Below are positions 58,381 through 64,000 of a DNA stretch of 64,000 nt, piece after piece. Made by a program: the position numbers and the translations under genes. A model generated the notes under the pieces. It had not been told where the DNA came from, searched no databases, and worked only from the letters and a program-made list of their open reading frames with translations. Within the stretch, counting starts at the first letter, position 1; every line of letters begins with the position of its first letter. This stretch comes from Candidatus Latescibacterota bacterium (lineage in GTDB: Bacteria > Latescibacterota > UBA2968 > GCA-2709665), in NCBI GenBank assembly GCA_965222075.1, contig OZ244937.1, positions 1,504,001 through 1,568,000 of the forward strand, given 5' to 3'.

Positions 58381-58768
58381 TGTGATTCCGAACGGAGAGG
58401 TGTTATACAGGTGGTGTCGCAGCGATGCCTTTCCGAAAAACCAGGTGGAGATACCCGCCTCGCTGTTTAGTGATATCGAGCTCTCCTGTGACTGGGCGAG
58501 ATTCCGTCCAGATCCTTCGACATCCTTCCACATGGTGGAAGGAAAGACACGAGTGATTGAAATTTCGGTTTGTGACGAGATCAAGAATCCTCGCAATCCC
58601 AAACGAGAGGGCGAGATAGTTGAGGCCTGGAAGCAGCAAGTCATATACGATCCGATTGAGGATCCTGTTCATGGCCCAAACGATGCCCATTCCCTGATAA
58701 AGGGACGCAAGAAAATGGCAGTCCGCGACGCTATCGTCGCGAATTCCAACTGGTGGGATATCGAATAG
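58361..58768 (+). CDS. Small hypothetical protein, possible ADP-ribosyltransferase-fold toxin
   Basis: LYR...F...LSCDW...DP..N.AH..I pattern; overlaps the upstream gene. Confidence 0.55.
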   Translation: MPPSPGSVIPNGEVLYRWCRSDAFPKNQVEIPASLFSDIELSCDWARFRPDPSTSFHMVEGKTRVIEISVCDEIKNPRNPKREGEIVEAWKQQVIYDPIEDPVHGPNDAHSLIKGRKKMAVRDAIVANSNWWDIE

Positions 58769-58984
58769 GAGGCCTTGGCCCCTAACGGTCCTCCAAAGGC
58801 CGCTAATCCCGCGACCTCAAGCATCAGCCTACCTGCAGCAGCTCCAGCCAGTTGCGGGAGCTCGATCGGTTATGCCGCCAGGTGACCTTTCCGAAAGCAG
58901 AGACATCGTCGTATTTCTACCGCAGTTTCGAGTTCATACAAGCACTCCTGTCGCCATTTCATCTCGCCGGTTTTTCTTCCGAAC

Positions 58985-59991
58985 CTACCGCGTCTCCGCC
59001 AGTGAGACAGTCCTTTGTTCCCGCGCTGAGATGGAGACAGCCTCGGCAATCTCGACATCCAGCAGCGCATCCCCGGGGGAATTCCGGGCCTCACCGCGGT
59101 CCTCTATCGCATCCAGAAAGGCCTCTGCCTGCCGGACAAAAGGGGACGGCTCGTTCTCAAAAGCGCGAACCCCGGACCCACCCTCGTGGAAAACGGTAAT
59201 GGAGACGGTGCCGGGCGCAGCCTCCGCATTGGGCACAACCCCTCCCTCCGTGCAGACGAACCGGGTCTGGGCGTCACCCATCCCCTCCGGACCGACATAG
59301 CTTGCCGTTGCCGAAGCGAACGCGCCGTTATCAAACCGATCAGGGCCGCGCAGGTCTCCTCCATTACGTGACCGGGATCCGTATTTCGCTTCCGATTGGC
59401 CATTGCGGACACAGCCGTGGGCCTGCCCAGAATCCAGCGGACAGCATTCAGGTAGCAGTAGCTCAGGTGGGTCAGCGGCATCCCCCCGCTGGCCTCCTGG
59501 TCATAATACCAGGCACAGGGATCCGGGTTCCACAGCGCCATGCTCACGGCCATCACCGGCTCTCCCAGAACGCGGTCCCTCACCAGCCGGTGGATCTCCG
59601 CCCAGGCCGGATCGTACCGGCGCTGGTACCCGGCCTCCACAACCCGCCCGTATCGCCCCGCCAGTTCCACAATCCGGCGTCCATTCTCCACACTGGACGC
59701 CAGACTGCCTCCGATCAGAAGGTCGAACCCGGTTTCCAGGGCCCACAGTGCAATCTCGTCCTGCACCCTGTGAGGGGTCTCGATCAGGACCGCATCCGGC
59801 CCCGCCTCGGCCAGACGGCGGAAGTCATCGCAGGAGACATCACACCCCAGCTCCGCCGCACAGCATCGGGCGCTCTCCACATGCCGGGCGGCCACAGCGC
59901 AGATCTCCGCCCGGCCGGTATCCAGAAACGCCCTGCCCCGAACCCGGGCCATATTTCCCGCCCCGGCAATTGCGATTCGCTTTTTCGGCAT
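58985..59991 (-). pseudogene. Gfo/Idh/MocA oxidoreductase with one frameshift (~59333)
   Basis: IAIAGAG, GYQRRY; one extra T restores LIGFDNGAFASATASY and joins the C-terminal ORF. Confidence 0.82.
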
Positions 59992-60132
59992 GCGATACCC
60001 CCTTGAACAATGCCCCCGCGTATCTTATCTCGTCCTATCTCGGAATACCCACATAAGCCCCGGCAAACCCCAGGCCCCCCAGCAGTGCCAGATTCCAGAA
60101 AAGTGCACCCTTTGACTACGGTGAGATTTTGT

Positions 60133-60161
60133 TTGACATCCGGTCAATCCAAGTGCATAAT
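60133..60161 (+). promoter_or_regulatory. Putative sigma70 promoter
   Basis: TTGACA-N17-CATAAT, ~45 bp before ATG 60205. Confidence 0.6.
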
Positions 60162-60204
60162 TTTGCGTCTGCCTGTCCATCTGTCAGACGAATGTGAGAA
60201 GGCC

Positions 60205-61449
60205 ATGACAAGATACTTCTCCAGGCTTACCGTGCTCACCCTTCTGTTGCTCCTGCTACCCGCAGCTGCCCGACCCGACGGCGGGGACGCAATAGGCAAA
60301 GCTCGGCCATCGGCCTACATTGGCGCTCAGGCCTGCGGGGAGTGTCACCGGGACAGATTTGAAGCGTTTCGCCAGACAGCGCACCACCTCACCTCCCGCC
60401 TGCCCGATCCCGAGGCAATCCTGGGCAGCTTCTCTCCCGAACACGCCATCCTCCGAACCCGGAAGGCCAACCTCCGGTTCGAGATAACCGCCGGAGACGA
60501 TGGGTTCTTTCAGACGGCCATTATCGGGAAAGGGGAGGGCACCTACCGACGGACCGAGCGCATCGACATCGTGACCGGCTCCGGAAAAATCGGTCAGACC
60601 TACCTCTTCTGGCAGGGCAACCGCCTCTACCAGTTGCCCATCTCCTACTTCGCCCAGCAGCGAAGGTGGGTCAACAGCCCGGGCTATCCCGACGGCGAGG
60701 TGAACTTCTCCCGTCCGGTTGTCCCCCGCTGCCTGGAGTGCCACGCCACCTATTTTGAATCCGCATCCTATTCGAGCAACACCTACAACAGGGATCACTT
60801 TGTCCTTGGCATCTCCTGCGAGCGGTGCCACGGTCCTGGCGCAGACCACGCAGCCTATCAACGCGCCCATCCCAATACAAACGATATGCCTTACATCTTG
60901 CACCCCGGCAGGCTCGAACCGCAGCGATTGATCGATCTCTGTGCCCAGTGCCATTCCGGCGTAGGCATCCCGCGCCAGCAGCCTTTTTCCTTCCGCCCCG
61001 GCGCACCCCTGAACGAATACCTCGAACTCGACGCCCCCGAAGAACAGAACAAAATCGGCGTTCACAGCACCAACCAGCTCCCCCGGCTCACCAAATCCAG
61101 GTGCTTCCAGCTAAGCCAAACCATGACCTGTATCAGTTGCCACAACCCACATGCCTCAGAGCGGGGAAACCTCTCCTTGTTCTCCAAACGGTGCGTCGCC
61201 TGTCACAGCACCCACACCTGCGGCATGGCCGCTGAACTTGGGGATGCGATCCGGACCAACTGTATTGACTGCCACATGCCCCGGAAACAGGATCTGGGCA
61301 CCGAAATCGAAACCGCCGAAGCATTTCAGTTCCCTACCATGCGGGACCACTTCATCACCATCTATCCGGAAATCAGCCGACGCTTGACCGCACAGTTTCT
61401 ACAGACGGAAAACCCACCCCACCCTCAACCTCATCACGGGAGACCCTGA
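60205..61449 (+). CDS. Periplasmic multiheme cytochrome c (7 CxxCH)
   Basis: Signal peptide; CGECH, CLECH, CERCH, CAQCH, CISCH, CVACH, CIDCH. Confidence 0.9.
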   Translation: MTRYFSRLTVLTLLLLLLPAAARPDGGDAIGKARPSAYIGAQACGECHRDRFEAFRQTAHHLTSRLPDPEAILGSFSPEHAILRTRKANLRFEITAGDDGFFQTAIIGKGEGTYRRTERIDIVTGSGKIGQTYLFWQGNRLYQLPISYFAQQRRWVNSPGYPDGEVNFSRPVVPRCLECHATYFESASYSSNTYNRDHFVLGISCERCHGPGADHAAYQRAHPNTNDMPYILHPGRLEPQRLIDLCAQCHSGVGIPRQQPFSFRPGAPLNEYLELDAPEEQNKIGVHSTNQLPRLTKSRCFQLSQTMTCISCHNPHASERGNLSLFSKRCVACHSTHTCGMAAELGDAIRTNCIDCHMPRKQDLGTEIETAEAFQFPTMRDHFITIYPEISRRLTAQFLQTENPPHPQPHHGRP

Positions 61450-61450
61450 T

Positions 61451-63265
61451 ATGCCCCAATACAGAACGTTCACCCTATCGGACAGAGGCCAGCCCCGAAC
61501 CGCCATTATCCTGCCCGAAGGCGCCGGAGAAATCCTTCGGGATGCGGCCGCCGATCTGCAATCCGTCCTTGAAAAAATCACCGGCATGGCCCCCCCGATG
61601 GGCGTGGACAGCGGAAAGCCCGCGCCCCGGGGGCGGACGGCGGTCCACGTGGGAGAAACCGCATACGCCCGGTCTCTGGCCCTGAACGCCGGAGATGCAG
61701 GCGTGGAGGGATACCGCATCGTCACCTCCGGCAGGGACCTCTTCATCCTGGGCGGAAGCGACAGCGGCACGTCCTACGGCGTCTACGGCCTGCTGGAAGA
61801 CCACCTCGGCGCCCGCTGGTTTATGCCCGGGGAACTCTTTGAAGACATCCCGATGCAGACCACCCTGAAAATCACGCCGGTTGACGAAACAAAAACCCCC
61901 CACTTCCTCCACCGCGTCTTCAGCGGCATCGCCGGACTGGAGGGCCATCGCTGGGAGCACCGCAACCGCGTCTCCCGCCGCCGGGCTGAACTGCCCTACG
62001 CCGGCTTCCACCACGCCCTCTACAGAGTCTTCCCCGTTGCCCAATACGGCAAAACGCACCCCGAATACTATGCCTTCATCAACGGCGAGCGCCTCATCCC
62101 CGGAAGTGACACCGTCAGCAACGGCCTGTTCGGTCAACCCTGCACCAGCAACCCCGAAGTCGTGGACATCACCATCCAGGCCACGCGCGCCTACTTCGAC
62201 GAGCACCCGGAGGCCCACTGCTTCTCTCTGGGCATGAACGACAATGGAAACTTTTGCCTGTGCGACAACTGCCGTGCGCTCGACATCCCCGGTCTGGAAT
62301 TCCGGGGGCGTCCGATCTACTCCGACCGGTGGTTTACGTACTTCAACGCCGTAGCCCGTGCCCTGCAGGAATCCCATCCGGGAAAATTCGTGGGATGCCT
62401 GGCTTACCACAACGTGGAGGAGCCCCCCAAACGCATCGAGCGCTTAGAGCCTAACGCCGCCATCTACCTCACCCAGGACACCGCCCAGCACCTCGACCCT
62501 GAATACCGGGACAAAGACCGGGAATTCATCCTCGCCTGGCTCAAACAGTGCGACCACGTCTGCAAATACGACTACTATGGCCTGGGCTGGGTGCTCCCCC
62601 GTCACTTCCCCCGCCTCCTGGCCGACGACATCAAATTCCAGCACAGCGCGGGCGTCAAAGGCTTCTATGCCGAAGCCTACCCCCACTGGCCCGGCTTCGG
62701 CCCCCAGATCTGGCTGGCCTCCAAACTCTGGTGGAACTCGGACCAGGACACGGAAAAGCTCCTCGACGAATTCTTCCAGCGCCTGTTCCGGGGCGCAGCC
62801 GGCGAGGTCCGGGCCTTCTACGACCGCCTCGAAACCATCTGGCGCCGCCCCCGTCAGGGCCGCTGGTTCCAGGGCCTGCGCGGGCTTCACGACCAGGTCA
62901 CCTGCTACACAATAGACGACGTGGACGACCTCGAAGCCATCCTCGCCCGCGCCTACAAAGCCACGCGGGACCCGCTCGTACGCCTCAGAATCGACTACAT
63001 CCGCCGCTGGTTCTCCTTCCCCGCAACCCTCATCCGGGGCTGGCACGCAGCCGATGAGATCCTGGCCCTGCCCCCCGGACCGGAAGCCCGGCAAAAAGCA
63101 GCGGACCTCCGCAAACTCAGACCCCGCCTCAAAAGGTCCCACCGCCAGGCCATCCTGGAAGACCGCTGCATGCCCAAAGCCGCCTACTTCAGCGACAGCA
63201 GATACCAGACCCGCGTGGCAGACCCCTGGCTCGAAAAGGTCGACCAGGCCCTGGCGCATGGCTAA
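61451..63265 (+). CDS. DUF4838-like glycoside-hydrolase-fold protein
   Basis: EGY.I..GTSYGVY.LLEDHLG.RWF.PG, HPEYYA, QPCTSNPEV, SLGMND..FCLC..C, LAY. Confidence 0.8.
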   Translation: MPQYRTFTLSDRGQPRTAIILPEGAGEILRDAAADLQSVLEKITGMAPPMGVDSGKPAPRGRTAVHVGETAYARSLALNAGDAGVEGYRIVTSGRDLFILGGSDSGTSYGVYGLLEDHLGARWFMPGELFEDIPMQTTLKITPVDETKTPHFLHRVFSGIAGLEGHRWEHRNRVSRRRAELPYAGFHHALYRVFPVAQYGKTHPEYYAFINGERLIPGSDTVSNGLFGQPCTSNPEVVDITIQATRAYFDEHPEAHCFSLGMNDNGNFCLCDNCRALDIPGLEFRGRPIYSDRWFTYFNAVARALQESHPGKFVGCLAYHNVEEPPKRIERLEPNAAIYLTQDTAQHLDPEYRDKDREFILAWLKQCDHVCKYDYYGLGWVLPRHFPRLLADDIKFQHSAGVKGFYAEAYPHWPGFGPQIWLASKLWWNSDQDTEKLLDEFFQRLFRGAAGEVRAFYDRLETIWRRPRQGRWFQGLRGLHDQVTCYTIDDVDDLEAILARAYKATRDPLVRLRIDYIRRWFSFPATLIRGWHAADEILALPPGPEARQKAADLRKLRPRLKRSHRQAILEDRCMPKAAYFSDSRYQTRVADPWLEKVDQALAHG

Positions 63266-63280
63266 CCGCCAAACACCTGT

Positions 63281-63330
63281 TTCGGAATGCGGATTGCGGA
63301 TTGAAAGGCCTTTATTCCGCAATTCGCAAT
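63281..63330. repeat. Inverted heptamer repeats between convergent genes (possible terminator)
   Basis: ttcggaa-tgcggat-tgcggat-tg...ttccgca-attcgca-at. Confidence 0.55.
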
Positions 63331-63409
63331 GCTTACCCTGCCTTCACCACCACGACCTCCCCCCTCTCCGTCGCTGCGACCACCTCCGTCCGCAGCGCCC
63401 TCACCGCAC

Positions 63410-64000
63410 TTACCACACCGGCCGGAACGCCGTCACCGTCCCCGCCGACGTGGCGCATACCACTCGATCTCCCTCCCCCCCCTCCACCGCCCGAAGGTGT
63501 GTCACCTCTCCCTCGACCTGACACCCCGCGACAAGCTCCCCTTCTCCGTTGTAGACCCGGATCTCTCCCGTATCAAACCCCACCACAACCTTCGGCTTCC
63601 CATCCCCGTCTACCGTCGTCAGCCACGTGATCTTGTCCCCCAGGTCCCGCCGCCAGATCACCGCGCCGTCCCCACCGATGCAGGCGAGCTGCCCCACGTC
63701 GCTACCCACGATCACCTCCGGCCTTCCGTCACCGTTCACGTCCGCAACCGCGATATCTTCCACCTCACCCCCCATATTCACCCGCCAGATCATCCCGCCT
63801 CCCCTGTCCGGCCGGCCGCTGTAAGTGCCCGGCCCGCTGAACAGCTCTCCGCTCCGAACGGCGTTCACCGCCCGCCAGTCGCCATAGATCACCTCCAGCG
63901 CCCCATCGCCGTTCAAATCGGCCGACAGAATCGTCGGCGATACGCAGCCGGTGCTCCGCCGCCAGCGCGCGGTCCCGTCCGGATTCAAACAATTGATCGT
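63410..64000 (-). CDS. FG-GAP/PQQ beta-propeller C-terminus of a gene that starts outside the window
   Basis: DLNGDG, DVNGDG, DGDG repeats like those of the lyase paralogs. Confidence 0.75.
   Translation of the reverse strand, partial: TINCLNPDGTARWRRSTGCVSPTILSADLNGDGALEVIYGDWRAVNAVRSGELFSGPGTYSGRPDRGGGMIWRVNMGGEVEDIAVADVNGDGRPEVIVGSDVGQLACIGGDGAVIWRRDLGDKITWLTTVDGDGKPKVVVGFDTGEIRVYNGEGELVAGCQVEGEVTHLRAVEGGEGDRVVCATSAGTVTAFRPVW

Noticed and set aside
1-64000. tRNA, rRNA, prophage or integrase genes
   Set aside because: No cloverleaf, rRNA-like tract, phage structural gene or recombinase motif was recognised by eye; a covariance-model scan was not possible.

Overview
GC-rich bacterial DNA. 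The gene families (PorV, T9SS-type C-terminal domain, GWxTD, DUF6785-like, PhyH, DUF4838) suggest an FCB-group candidate phylum such as Latescibacterota; this is inference only. Most of the window is a minus-strand glycan-utilisation-like region. It holds an OM barrel, a TonB-dependent receptor, a T9SS-type cargo, PorV, two DUF6785/6784-like membrane proteins, a beta-helix/PKD enzyme and six heparinase II/III-like genes (one decayed; four with C-terminal beta-propellers). A 94-bp duplicate of the lutC 3' end brackets a ~10.5-kb insertion (39379-49908) that appears to have split a kelch-lutABC-lyase operon. The insertion carries an ABC exporter, an IS1380 relic, a PHP+ATPase (Ppl-like) defence candidate, toxin-antitoxin fragments and MscS/MgtE genes. 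Further right are an ECF sigma/anti-sigma pair, a lower-GC three-gene cassette (TIGR04255-like, unknown, ART-like) that may be a reversed-order toxin-antitoxin-chaperone system, a 7-heme cytochrome c and a DUF4838 protein. A family of CCTG...CAGG hairpin elements inserts in frame (lengths are multiples of 3) and nests inside itself. No rRNA, tRNA, CRISPR array or integrase was recognised. All family names come from motif recognition, not database searches.
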